The translations under genes were made by a program, and so were the position numbers. From Eledone cirrhosa (lineage: Eukaryota), in NCBI GenBank assembly GCA_964016885.1, contig OZ024752.1, forward strand, positions 7,316,001 to 7,380,000: a stretch of 64,000 nt of DNA, given 5' to 3'. Below are positions 51,141-64,000 of the stretch, one piece after another. Within the stretch, counting starts at the first letter, position 1, and each line of letters begins with the position of its first letter. Below the pieces are notes generated by a model. That model saw nothing but the letters and a program-made list of their open reading frames with translations, was not told where the DNA came from and searched no databases.

Positions 51141-51239
51141 CAAGACATAGATAGATATATAAAGAGGCAGAGAAAGGTTTAAGAACCCCCCCCCCCTCTC
51201 CTTACATTTGTGTTTCGTGAATTCTAAGTCTAAAAAGTC

Positions 51240-51535
51240 TCTCACAGAAAGACTTTAGAGTTGTTGTAGACAATCAACCTAGAATGGAAGTGGGTGGAAC
51301 GTATTGCCAGATTGACTGACAACAGATGGACCACATCAGGTCACACAACAAACCGAGGTCACTAGAAGACCAGGTAGTGAGATGGCCTCATCAAAATTGA
51401 AAACATTTGGCAACAAATAGCTGAGGATCGGCAAAGATGGCACAACTCAGGGAAGGTCTTGGACGTTCCAAAGTTGAAGAAATGGAGGTGGCACAGCTTG
51501 AGGAAGGCCTATGTCCAACAACAGATGTTCCAGTG
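51240..51535 (+). mobile_element. LINE ORF2 3'-end remnant seeding the 20-bp satellite
   Basis: IARLTDNRWTT..VT..PR..RRPG..RW and ..KAYVQQ-like terminal motifs. Confidence 0.55.
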
Positions 51536-54500
51536 GCACAACTCAGGGAAGGCCTATGTCCAACAACTCAGGGAAGGCCTATATTCAACAACTCAGAGAA
51601 GGCCTATGTCCAACAACTCAGGGAAGGCCTATATTCAACAACTCAGAGAAGGCCTATATTCAACAACTCAGGGAAGGCCTATGTCCAACAACTCAGGGAA
51701 GGCCTATATTCAACAACTCAGAGAAGGCCTATATTCAACAACTCAGGGAAGGCCTATGTCCAACAACTCAGGGAAGGCCTATATTCAACAACTCAGAGAA
51801 GGCCTATATTCAACAACTCAGGGAAGGCCTATGTCCAACAACTCAGGGAAGGCCTATATTCAACAACTCAGAGAAGGCCTATGTCCAACAACTCAGGGAA
51901 GGCCTATATTCAACAACTCAGGGAAGGCCTATATTCAACAACTCAGGGAAGGCCTATATTCAACAACTCAGGGAAGGCCAATGTCCAACAACTCAGGGAA
52001 GGCCTATGTCCAACAACTCAGGGAAGGCCTATGTCCAACAACTCAGGGAAGGCCTATGTCCAACAACTCAGAGAAGGCCTATATTCAACAACTCAGGGAA
52101 GGCCTATATTCAACAACTCAGGGAAGGCCTATATTCAACAACTCAGGGAAGGCCTATATTCAACAACTCAGAGAAGGCCTATGTCCAACAACTCAGGGAA
52201 GGCCTATGTCCAACAACTCAGGGAAGGCCTATGTCCAACAACTCAGGGAAGGCCTATATTCAACAACTCAGGGAAGGCCTATATTCAACAACTCAGGGAA
52301 GGCCTATATTCAACAACTCAGAGAAGGCCTATATTCAACAACTCAGGGAAGGCCTATGTCCAACAACTCAGAGAAGGCCTATGTCCAACAACTCAGGGAA
52401 GGCCTATGTCCAACAACTCAGGGAAGGCCTATATTCAACAACTCAGGGAAGGCCTATATTCAACAACTCAGGGAAGGCCTATATTCAACAACTCAGAGAA
52501 GGCCTATATTCAACAACTCAGGGAAGGCCTATGTCCAACAACTCAGAGAAGGCCTATGTCCAACAACTCAGGGAAGGCCTATGTCCAACAACTCAGGGAA
52601 GGCCTATATCCAACAACTCAGGGAAGGCCTATATTCAACAACTCAGAGAAGGCCTATATTCAACAACTCAGGGAAGGCCTATGTCCAACAACTCAGGGAA
52701 GGCCTATATTCAACAACTCAGAGAAGGCCTATATTCAACAACTCAGGGAAGGCCTATGTCCAACAACTCAGGGAAGGCCTATATTCAACAACTCAGAGAA
52801 GGCCTATGTCCAACAACTCAGGGAAGGCCTATATTCAACAACTCAGGGAAGGCCTATATTCAACAACTCAGGGAAGGCCTATATTCAACAACTCAGGGAA
52901 GGCCTATATTCAACAACTCAGGGAAGGCCTATATTCAACAACTCAGAGAAGGCCTATGTCCAACAACTCAGGGAAGGCCTATGTCCAACAACTCAGGGAA
53001 GGCCTATGTCCAACAACTCAGAGAAGGCCTATATTCAACAACTCAGGGAAGGCCTATATTCAACAACTCAGGGAAGGCCTATATTCAACAACTCAGAGAA
53101 GGCCTATATTCAACAACTCAGGGAAGGCCTATGTCCAACAACTCAGAGAAGGCCTATATTCAACAACTCAGGGAAGGCCTATATTCAACAACTCAGGGAA
53201 GGCCTATATTCAACAACTCAGGGAAGGCCTATATTCAACAACTCAGAGAAGGCCTATATTCAACAACTCAGGGAAGGCCTATGTCCAACAACTCAGAGAA
53301 GGCCTATATTCAACAACTCAGGGAAGGCCTATGTCCAACAACTCAGGGAAGGCCTATATCCAACAACTCAGGGAAGGCCTATGTCCAACAACTCAGAGAA
53401 GGCCTATGTCCAACAACTCAGGGAAGGCCTATATCCAACAACTCAGGGAAGGCCTATGTCCAACAACTCAGAGAAGGCCTATGTCCAACAACTCAGAGAA
53501 GGCCTATATTCAACAACTCAGAGAAGGCCTATATTCAACAACTCAGGGAAGGCCTATGTCCAACAACTCAGGGAAGGCCTATATCCAACAACTCAGGGAA
53601 GGCCTATGTCCAACAACTCAGAGAAGGCCTATGTCCAACAACTCAGAGAAGGCCTATATTCAACAACTCAGAGAAGGCCTATATTCAACAACTCAGGGAA
53701 GGCCTATGTCCAACAACTCAGAGAAGGCCTATATTCAACAACTCAGGGAAGGCCTATATTCAACAACTCAGGGAAGGCCTATATTCAACAACTCAGAGAA
53801 GGCCTATATTCAACAACTCAGGGAAGGCCTATGTCCAACAACTCAGAGAAGGCCTATATTCAACAACTCAGGGAAGGCCTATATTCAACAACTCAGGGAA
53901 GGCCTATATTCAACAACTCAGGGAAGGCCTATATTCAACAACTCAGGGAAGGCCTATGTCCAACAACTCAGAGAAGGCCTATATTCAACAACTCAGGGAA
54001 GGCCTATATTCAACAACTCAGAGAAGGCCTATATTCAACAACTCAGGGAAGGCCTATGTCCAACAACTCAGAGAAGGCCTATATTCAACAACTCAGGGAA
54101 GGCCTATGTCCAACAACTCAGAGAAGGCCTATATTCAACAACTCAGAGAAGGCCTATATTCAACAACTCAGGGAAGGCCTATGTCCAACAACTCAGGGAA
54201 GGCCTATGTCCAACAACTCAGGGAAGGCCTATATTCAACAACTCAGGGAAGGCCTATATTCAACAACTCAGGGAAGGCCTATGTCCAACAACTCAGGGAA
54301 GGCCTATGTCCAACAACTCAGGGAAGGCCTATATTCAACAACTCAGGGAAGGCCTATGTCCAACAACTCAGGGAAGGCCTATGTCCAACAACTCAGGGAA
54401 GGCCTATATTCAACAACTCAGAGAAGGCCTATATTCAACAACTCAGGGAAGGCCTATGTCCAACAACTCAGAGAAGGCCTATGTCCAACAACTCAGGGAA

Positions 54501-55267
54501 GGCCTATGTCCAACAACTCAGGGAAGGCCTATGTCCAACAACTCAGGGAAGGCCTATGTCCAACAACTCAGAGAAGGCCTATGTCCAACAACTCAGGGAA
54601 GGCCAATGTCCAACAACTCAGGGAAGGCCTATGTCCAACAACTCAGGGAAGGCCTATGTCCAACAACTCAGGGAAGGCCTATATCCAACAACTCAGGGAA
54701 GGCCTATGTCCAACAACTCAGGGAAGGCCTATGTCCAACAACTCAGGGAAGGCCTATATTCAACAACTCAGAGAAGGCCTATATCCAACAACTCAGGGAA
54801 GGCCTATGTCCAACAACTCAGGGAAGGCCTATATTCAACAACTCAGGGAAGGCCTATATCCAACAACTCAGGGAAGGCCTATGTCCAACAACTCAGGGAA
54901 GGCCTATATTCAACAACTCAGAGAAGGCCTATATTCAACAACTCAGGGAAGGCCTATGTCCAACAACTCAGAGAAGGCCTATGTCCAACAACTCAGGGAA
55001 GGCCTATGTCCAACAACTCAGGGAAGGCCTATGTCCAACAACTCAGGGAAGGCCTATGTCCAACAACTCAGGGAAGGCCTATGTCCAACAACTCAGAGAA
55101 GGCCTATGTCCAACAACTCAGGGAAGGCCAATGTCCAACAACTCAGGGAAGGCCTATGTCCAACAACTCAGGGAAGGCCAATGTCCAACAACTCAGGGAA
55201 GGCCTATGTCCAACAACTCAGGGAAGGCCTATGTCCAACAACTCAGGGAAGGCCTATGTCCAACAAC
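51535..55267. repeat. 3.7-kb 20-bp minisatellite (~185 copies) in BRK1 intron 1
   Basis: CAACAACTCAG(G/A)GAAGGCCTAT(GTC/ATT)-type tandem array. Confidence 0.95.
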
Positions 55268-55440
55268 AGATGTTCCAGGGTTGAAGGTAACAATGAGATT
55301 ATAGACAGTTCAGTACAAACATGGCATGGTCATCTGATCTGACTTGTCTCACAACAGGGCAACTTGTCTAACCCATGCTAGCAAATGGACATTAACTGAT
55401 AATGATGATTCAGTGAAAAAAACTAAATTGGAGAATGATT

Positions 55441-56421
55441 AATATTGGTACCACAGTCACTACATAATATTGGTACTATAGTCACCACATATTGGTACTA
55501 GTCACCACATAATATTGGTACTACAGTCACTACATAATATTGGTACCACAGTCACTACATAATATTGGTACTACAGTCACTACATAATATTGGTACTACA
55601 GTCACCACATAATATTGGTACTACAGTCACTACATAATATTGGTACTAATCACTACATAATATTGGTACTAATCACTACATAATATTGGTACTACAGTCA
55701 CCACAATATTGGTACTACAGTCACTACATAATATTGGTACTACAGTCACTACATAATATTGGTACTAGTCACCACATATTGGTACTACAGTCACTACATA
55801 ATATTGGTACTACAGTCACTTCATAATATTGGTACTTCAGTCACCACATATTGGTACTACAGTCACTACATAATATTAGTACTACAGTCACTACATAATA
55901 TTGGTACTACAGTCACTACATAATATTGGTACTACAGTCACTACATAATATTGGTACTACAGTCACTACATAATATTGGTACTACAATGACTACATAATA
56001 TTGGTACCAGTCACTACATAATATTGGTACTACAGTGACTACATAATATTGGTACTACAGTCACTACATAATATTGGTACTAGTCACCACATATTGGTAC
56101 TACAGTGACTACATAATATTGGTACTACAGTGACTACATAATATTGGTACTACAGTGACTACATAATATTGGTACTACAGTGACTACATAATATTGGTAC
56201 TACAGTGACTACATAATATTGGTACTACAGTGACTACATAATTTTGGTACTACAGTGACTACATAATATTGGTATTAGTCACTACATAATATTGGTACTA
56301 GTCACCACATAATATTGGTACTAGTCACTACATAATATTGGTACTATAGTCACTACATAATATTGGTACTACAGTCACTACATAATATTGGTACTAGTCA
56401 CTACATAATATTGGTACCAGT
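55441..56421. repeat. ~29-bp minisatellite
   Basis: AATATTGGTACTACAGTCACTACAT-type units. Confidence 0.92.
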
Positions 56422-58889
56422 CAAAAATAGGAACTGTGGTACCAATATTGAGGTGACAGTGTACCTACTTTTGACTTTGTTACTAGCTGTAGAATTACGT
56501 GGTGACACATTGTACCACACTGAATCTCCCTGAGAACTATATGATACATGTGTGTATGGAATGCTCAGCCACTTACATGTTATCACAATGGACTGAGGTC
56601 CAACAAGAATGTATTTTTTAAAAGACTTCTATGTGGACACAACAATCTACCTTGTCACAGTCTTTGAAATGTGTAGGACTTGTATTTGAAGAAAATAGAG
56701 GTTAATTTGGTAACAATACAAATTCCACCATTATTATTATATGACAACAATAAAAATTCCAGCATTATTGTTAAACTACTGATCTATCTTCATTATATCG
56801 TTTATATATGTTAATAGGTTATATTTAGAAGTTTATATAAACTTCATTTTCAACTTACTTTGTTCGATATATTTGAATATAAGCACAGGAACATGTGACA
56901 ACATTTATATATAAGACTAGGATTGTATGACAACATTTGTATATAAGTCTAGGAACATGTGACAAAAACAAAAAAAATCAATGGTAAAATATTCAAGGTC
57001 AATATTTTAGGCAAATGAGATACTAAAATATTTTCACTTTATTTTGTTTCTCTTTCTGCCAGGAGTTGTGACTGGTAGAGAGTATCACCAATAGAAAGAC
57101 CAATGGAAACATTGTTTCCTTGGTCCGATTTGATGTGACTGGCAGACAGTATCAGCAATGGAAAGACCAATGAAAATAGTTATTCAAGTGAATAAAACAA
57201 ATATTGTATATACTTAAATATAAGCCAACTCCCTATTTTATGTCTGAGAAACAGGCAGAAATCCAAACCTTGTTTATAAGCCAATCAACATATATTTAGA
57301 TGTGGTTTTGAAATTATCACGAACTTTTAATATTTTGATATTTAAAACGATTTAAATGTCATTTAGAGTAGAGTTTTTGTTTCACAACTCCATCATGTAA
57401 CGATTTTTTTAATCAATTTCTGACCGTTTTCAAGGCCAAAAACAATAGGATATACGAATTTCACATTGAAAGTGAAACTGGTGTAATATTCCCCTCCAAA
57501 GTGAAACGGGTGTAATATTCACCTCCAAATTGAAATCGTTTAAGCACCTCATTTATGCAGAATTTTGATGAGTGTGCTTGGCTAGTCCAGCATCTCAGCC
57601 TCACCAGATTATGCTCCTGGAGAGGGTGCTTGGCTAGTCCAGCATCTCAGACTCGCCAGATGATGCTCCTGGTGAGGGTGCTTGGTTATTCCAGCATCTC
57701 AGCCTCACTAGGTGATGATCCTGGTAAGGGTGCTTGACTATTCCAGTATCTCAGCCTCGCTATCACTGCAGCATTGTTATGAGTGTTTTGACTTGCTTCA
57801 AAAGTTTTTAGAGGGAAACCCCAACATTGCGTGTCGTGATTGTTTGTTTTTTCTCTCTGATGAATCTCTATTGATTTGTTTCGTTAGTAAATCATATCTA
57901 TTATATAAATTGTAGTAAGGTGGAATGGCTGATGTAGTGGGTAATGCTAGCTGTTCTCTGTAACAAGGCTTTTGCTATCTGTGGAGTGCTGCTTGGATAT
58001 ATCATCCAGCCAAAACAATATTTTATTCCCCTCTCCATTTTTCTCTTCTTTAATTCTCTCCCCCTCCTTGTATATATATACAACTGAATATGAATTTGTT
58101 GATGATAATAATAATTATTATTTCTACTATTGGCACAAGGCCAGCAATTATCCCAGTACATTACTGGTACTTTATTTTATCGACCCCGTAAGGATGAAAG
58201 GCAAAGTTAACCTCGGCAGGATTTGAACTCAGAATGGCAAGGGCCGTAACTCTATGCATCAAAGCATGGCGTCCGACCCTCTACCGATACTGCCAATTCA
58301 CCACCCTGATAATAATAATAATGATAAAAAGAATTTGGTGACAGAGAAATACTTGAAGCCCACACAATAAATGAGAATTTTGAGTGGAATCAAGTAGAAA
58401 CTAAACTATCACTTCATGAACACTTCAAAGATTAGAAAATATGATTGTGTGATATTTGTGTCAACCATTCTATTAAAATGACATGTATAAATAGTTCAGT
58501 TATGTGGTGGACACTACTTCTTTTTCATCCACTTACTCCGGAGAGGGTTGTGGTGGGGAGTGGGGCGGGCAGAGTCATCAAACACTCCTTCCTGTTAGAA
58601 GCAACCATCTCCAACTGATCCGGCTGGATCTCCAAGCTCATGGATGTTATCTAACCATCTTGCTCGGGGTCTGCCCCTGGGTCTCCTGCCGGTTGGTTTT
58701 GCCTGTAAAATCTGTCCAGTGACTTTTTCCTCCCACCGTAAGATATTTTAACCACATGTCCAAAGTATTAGAGTTGTGATCTTTCAATTCGGAGAAGTAG
58801 CAACTCTACCTGAAGTGACTGTCTGATCTCCGAGCTATGCCCTTTATCCAGTAACATTACTCTAAACACCCTTGGGAAGAAGTATAGAC

Positions 58890-59007
58890 CAGGCATGTCA
58901 AACTGAGGGCCACACACTACAACTAATTTTTTTTATTTTATATTACGAAGATAAAACATCTTTGCGCTGTAAAAAGGTTTGTGTGGGCCGCATTTATGAC
59001 ATGCCTG
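58890..59007. mobile_element. hAT-like MITE (related copy at ~60686-60846)
   Basis: TIRs CAGGCATGTCA / TGACATGCCTG; target-site duplication unclear. Confidence 0.6.
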
Positions 59008-59559
59008 GTATTCTATTTATATATAGTTCTGTCATGTGATCAAATTGCTTGTAAAATATTCAGCACTTTAAATAAAATGAGGAAAAGAGAAAAAAAAGGA
59101 AAACAATTTAATTAGTATTAAATACCTCCCCCCCCCACATAACAGTATTAAAGACCCCCACCCCACAATATTAAAGACCACCCCCACATAACAATATCAA
59201 CCCCCCCCCCCTAAATATAACTATTAAAGAGTCTATTTTCCCTAAACTAGGATTTTTTGCAACATGCTGACACGTATGAGTGTGTATGTCTGTGTATGTG
59301 TGTATATGTGAGTGTGTGTGTATATATATATGTGTATGAGTTATATAAATATAAAATTTCTACTTTTTGGCACAAGGTCAGCAATTATCCAGTGTATTAC
59401 TGGTACTTTATTTTATCGAGCCCGTAAGGATGAAAGGCACGTGCAAACACAGCCACACTTACAAAAATACACTCAGGCATACATTCACACAAATACATAC
59501 ATTTACACAAACATATACATACACTCACACACGGCGTAGCAAATGGAACGCCAGCTGCT

Positions 59560-59653
59560 GTTTTGCTATAGTTTTTCCACCATTCCCTTCCTTCCTTTTA
59601 CACACACACGTCAAGTGACAGACAGACAGAAGGCACTTAAAGTTATATATAGA
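59560..59653 (-). mobile_element. Helitron-like 5' end
   Basis: TCTATATATAAC...(TCTG)n on the minus strand, similar layout to the 61761 start; 3' end not found. Confidence 0.4.
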
Positions 59654-59952
59654 TTGACTCCAATTTTCTGTGATCTTTCCTTATTAAGTAGACGGCTTTC
59701 TTGAAGATGTGGCAAATTGAAATAAGGTTATGTACCTTTTACGCTTACTAGTAAATCAATCGGAATTGACATATACAGATCAATGAAGTATTTTTATTTC
59801 ATTTTGTGTGTTTCTGCCTTGTAACTTAGCAGTTTGACAATATATATGTGTGTGTGTGTGTGTGTGTAAAGGTAAACAGAAATAACAACACAAACGGTAC
59901 AGTATATGGAAGGAATATATTAGTTTAACGCTTGAAATAGCAAGAAGAGGGT

Positions 59953-59986
59953 CTTAACGTTTCAGACGCTAGTCTTTCATCAGAAG
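59953..59986 (-). ncRNA. Minimal type-I hammerhead motif
   Basis: CTT-CTGATGA-AAGAC tagc GTCT-GAAACGTT-AAG, with the palindromic AACGTT stem III typical of dimer-forming PLE hammerheads. Confidence 0.68.
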
Positions 59987-60008
59987 CAATGCGAAATTAG
60001 AAAGATTT

Positions 60009-60040
<32 letters not shown>

Positions 60041-60054
60041 AAATTTCCCAATTC

Positions 60055-60105
<51 letters not shown>

Positions 60106-61760
60106 TACTGAGTCAATGGGGTTGTCTAAATCTTTTCAGGGCAGTGCCCCAGTTTGGCCACAGTTCAGTGACAGAAAAGGATAGGTTTAACAACAATATT
60201 AAATGTAGGAAATAGTTTGGAAGATTATAAATATATAGGGAGACAAACAAGAGATTCGGAATAAACACTCTGGTCTTGGTCGAACAGATCAAGTTTATTG
60301 TTGAACAGAAGTATATAGAATGGAAGTATTCAAAAAAGGGTTAAAATAATAAATAGAAAGGGAGAGGGTAAACTTTACAATCCTGACTAAGTATATTTCA
60401 GCTGCGCCCAGTAGACAAACTGACCAGAGCATTGCTACGGTGAACAGCCAGCAACTCCCGCTGCATCAGCCATTCCACCTCACGAGGATCTTTCCGGGGG
60501 GGGGATACACTCCTCCCGATTTTTGCGGAGGAAAACGTTAGTTTGGGAACCAAAGATACCCGGGGGTTGTCAACGGCAACCCGTACAATAAAAGAAGCAG
60601 CTGGTCAAATCTTTACCAGTTTATGGCCGAAGTGAAAAGGTTGTAATAGCGATAACAACTCAAGATAAGTGACCACCCTTTAGATCAATCATGTCAAACT
60701 GAGGGTTCCCCCCCCGGGTCACATATGTTGTCTGAGGGCCACACATGACAACTAATTGCGCACATTACAACTAATAATTTTAATTTTATATTACGAAGAT
60801 AAAACATGCTTGTGCTGTAAAACCCATTGTGTGGGCCACATGCCTGCTTTAGAAGACCAACCCGACCGAAACACTCACATTTTATTATACAAAACCACCC
60901 ATTTTAAAGGGTTCCTATCTAAATTAAAATATTCCAACATAATATAAGAACAGTTATAACTTAGTAATCTATCTATCATTTTACGTCCCTGCTTGCAAGG
61001 GTGGGACGGGAACTGATTCTGGCTTGATTTCTACAGCTGGATGCCCTTCCTAACACCAACCTCATTTACAGTGAGTGCTGGGTGCTTTTTTGCCATGGCA
61101 CCTCCACAACCACTTTGCAGTGAAATGATAGGGACCCGTCCTATCATCTCATTTCTACAGCTGAGTAAACTGGAGCAATGTGAAATAAAGTGTCTTGCTC
61201 AAGGAAACAACACATCACCCAGTCTGAGAATTGAACTCACAACCTTTCGATTGCAAGGCCAATGCTCTAACCACTAAGCCATGTGCCTGCTTAGTAATGA
61301 GGTATCTAATTATTTTTGTAAATCCCTGAACATTCTCTATTAATTGAAATACTGTGTATTTCGTTTTCCTGACATTTGTACATTATTCTATGTACTCTAC
61401 ATGCACCTTTGATGAGTTGTAGTGCACATGAGCACTGTACACAATAATTTCATTATCATTATTATTAAAAATACACGAAAAGTGATAAATGGTAATCTTT
61501 CGAATTAGGTAAACAGTGTTTCCTGTAGATATATGGAGAAGTTAGAAAGAGATGTCCATGGATATTTCCTCTGGAATTTACACATTGTTCAATCAGGTAC
61601 CATTAGTCTATGAAGGCTGATTATAATCTTAAGTTAAGTTGTCTGTCTCTCAAATAAGTTTTAGATGTATAAATAGTAGACTGGTTATATTTCTTCAGAT
61701 GTTTCTATCTATTTAGTATGATCTGACTTGTCTCAGCTATTGTTAAAAGATGTCATATTA

Positions 61761-62468
61761 TCTATATATATATAAAACTGAGGATGTCTGTCTGTGTGAG
61801 TTTGAATCCCTAAAACTCGGGAACCACCCAACCGACTGTTTTCAAACTTTACACATGTAATACTTATGTTTCAGGGAGTGTTCTGAGCAAAAAATGTTCA
61901 ATGCCCTAGGGACCGCATTAGGCGATTTAGCGATCTCACTCTATAATTCTTAGTCTTTCTCTTTTTAGATAGATACATATAACGTCGCGCCCTTATAACA
62001 TGTCTGTATGTCTGCATTACGTCACTTCCCTGAGGATGTCGTTATGTCAGACTGATTTCCTTGAAATTGTAACTATGTATTAGTCAGTCTCTTCTTCATA
62101 CCGTGAGCAAAAGAAGAACATCCAACTTTTTATATGGCCTCGGGCCCACATTAGATGAAAAATTTCATTTTTTCAGCTTTTTAGGGCTTTTTTGAGGCGT
62201 TACGTCTAGCTGATTTTCCCGAAATTTCAAGGCATATTATGCACATAAAAAAAAATTCATTTTCTTGATCCCCTAGGGCCCGCATTAGGTGAAAATCTGC
62301 ATTTTCCCTGCTTCATCAAGGAAAATCTTAAAGATTATCCAGCCATCAGAGTATTTGGTTTATTTTCTTTACATATTGTCCAGGCATGTAGTTTTTCCAT
62401 GATTAGGTCTGTTGGCGGCCCGCGTTCCAAAATACCTTATCCCGTGCAACGCCGGGTACCACTGCTAG
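61761..62468 (+). mobile_element. Non-autonomous Helitron-like element
   Basis: 5' TC(TA)n start, subterminal hairpin CCCG..CGGG (62441-62456), 3' CTAG end, inserted between A and T. Confidence 0.75.
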
Positions 62469-62524
62469 TATTATATAAATGTTAAAGGTGCTTTTGATTG
62501 GGACTGTCGGCCACTAGTTAGATA

Positions 62525-62563
<39 letters not shown>

Positions 62564-62582
62564 TAGAAAGTAAACAACACAA

Positions 62583-62766
62583 AATTAAATAGCTCTGTTC
62601 TATAACATAGAGCACTCTTTTTTCCTTTGCCTTTCCTTCGGAATTACCTACCTTGCAAGCAGGGAAAAGCGGACGTAAAATGATGATATATATATGTGTT
62701 AAGTATTTCCGTAGGAAAGGTAAAGGAAAGAAGAGTGCTCTATGTATAGTACAGAGCTATTTAATT
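62583..62766. repeat. Inverted repeat (~60-bp arms) around a SINE tail fragment
   Basis: AATTAAATAGCTCTGT...AGAGCACTCTT / AAGAGTGCTCT...ACAGAGCTATTTAATT. Confidence 0.8.
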
Positions 62767-62792
62767 ATGTAATAAACAACACAATATAATTA

Positions 62793-62863
62793 TTCCATTA
62801 CCCAAGGTTTCACGAAGTCAGACGATTCTAACAGAGGCGTCTGAAGTCGCTCATCAGATAGAA
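62793..62863 (-). ncRNA. Type-I hammerhead motif
   Basis: TTCTAT-CTGATGA-GCGA..TCAGACG/CGTCTGA..TCGT-GAAA-CCTTGGG-TA-ATGGAA. Confidence 0.72.
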
Positions 62864-63059
62864 ATCTGTAATATGGATGTAAGATATGAAATTAAAACCA
62901 TATATATATATATTAAAATAACAGGTTAAAGTTTAAACAAAGAATCGCTGTTTTCACCCTTAACGGGATCTTCTGGAACTCTATGATTTTATATATTTTC
63001 ATATTTATATTATCCCTATCGAGCCCTCTTCGGATTTTAGTCTTCACATTTATTATTAT

Positions 63060-63101
<42 letters not shown>

Positions 63102-63314
63102 AGATTCAAGACCCCGATGGCTGAGCTCCAGCCGTTTCGACAGCTAGATCCGAACTGAATCTTTTCATATTACCCACTCTACTACACCAAGTATCAAGTA
63201 CTCTGGTGGGGTACCGTCTACCTGGTATTTTACCACACCCTATCTAAGATATATATATATATATATATTATTCAAAATATTAATAAATGGTGACATTTAC
63301 ATAATCAAAATATG

Positions 63315-63376
63315 TTTTATTATATATATTTCGGAGGTACTGTGCTGTTTTTTCAGTACGTCCTCATCAGATAAAA
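63315..63376 (-). ncRNA. Type-I hammerhead motif
   Basis: TTTTAT-CTGATGA-GGA.GTACTG..CAGTAC.TCC-GAAA-TATATA-TA-ATAAAA. Confidence 0.78.
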
Positions 63377-64000
63377 TATATGAATTGATGTATGTATACC
63401 TCAACTGTGTTGATGGTTCAATTCCAGTCTTAGCAGTCAAAAGCACTCTGTTGAGTGCTTTTAATCTATTGTAAAACTATATTCATTGAGTAATCAATGA
63501 ACCTTATTAACATTTGGTTATATATATATTGTTATAGTTGAGTCATGTTATAATATAGCCTGAAATATTTAGTAAAACACTCACTGCTTTGTTTTACTCT
63601 ATATTTTTGACAATATTATAACAACATGCCCCTCCCAATATAACAATATATGTTTCAACACACGATTTCATATCAAAAACCTTGCAAACCAAATTCATAT
63701 GTATGTATGTATATATGTTTATCCCAGGTTCAATCGGAGGTAACCACAGTAAATAAGGTACTCAATACAAAACAGAGTATAAATATTTAATATAGAAATG
63801 GCTTCTACAGGACTAGAACTGTTTCATTCGGGAGAAATCCTCATATATATATATATATATATTGCTTGTGGCACACGTTCACAGACACTTCACTCAGACT
63901 AAAATAACTCAACATAATAAACGGAATTGTACCTAATATGTAAATTCCGAACGGTTTATTAGTAACAGCAAATGGAATATTAGATTCGCAGACATCACTT

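Noticed and set aside
51437-55342. Three overlapping ~1260-1300 aa ORFs as a giant repeat protein
   Set aside because: They result from a stop-free tandem repeat read in all three frames; there is no unique domain, and the array lies antisense in the presumed BRK1 intron
57855-57900. Hammerhead at CTGATGA near 57858
   Set aside because: No downstream GAAA or closing stems
50240-64000. BRK1 exon 1
   Set aside because: No QDWANREY-like coding segment seen by eye; probably beyond the right edge

Overview
Eukaryotic, AT-rich, repeat-dense animal DNA. The SINE/LINE types and microsatellite load suggest a coleoid cephalopod such as octopus (inference). Two spliced genes lie on the minus strand. 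The first is GRIPAP1/GRASP-1: 16 phase-consistent GT-AG coding exons from the ATG at 35654 down to 298, continuing off the left edge. The second is BRK1/BRICK1 (HSPC300): exons 2 and 3 at 50154-50236 and 47094-47120, with exon 1 not found in the window. Introns are filled with SINEs, RTE-type LINE, Penelope-like (PLE) and Tc1/mariner remnants, MITEs, a Helitron-like element and large minisatellites. The long ORFs in the supplied track are repeat artefacts. Two unusual signals stand out. (1) About 15 minimal type-I hammerhead-ribozyme motifs of several sequence families occur, many in fold-back palindromes embedded in (TA)n, and one palindrome has a telomeric TTAGGG apex. (2) Several tandem repeats grew directly out of splicing signals: a BRK1 donor amplified to 8 copies, a GRIPAP1 acceptor amplified with the AG lost, and a 3.1-kb array of CTAAC branch-point motifs abutting an exon. 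All calls were made by eye; no searches were run.
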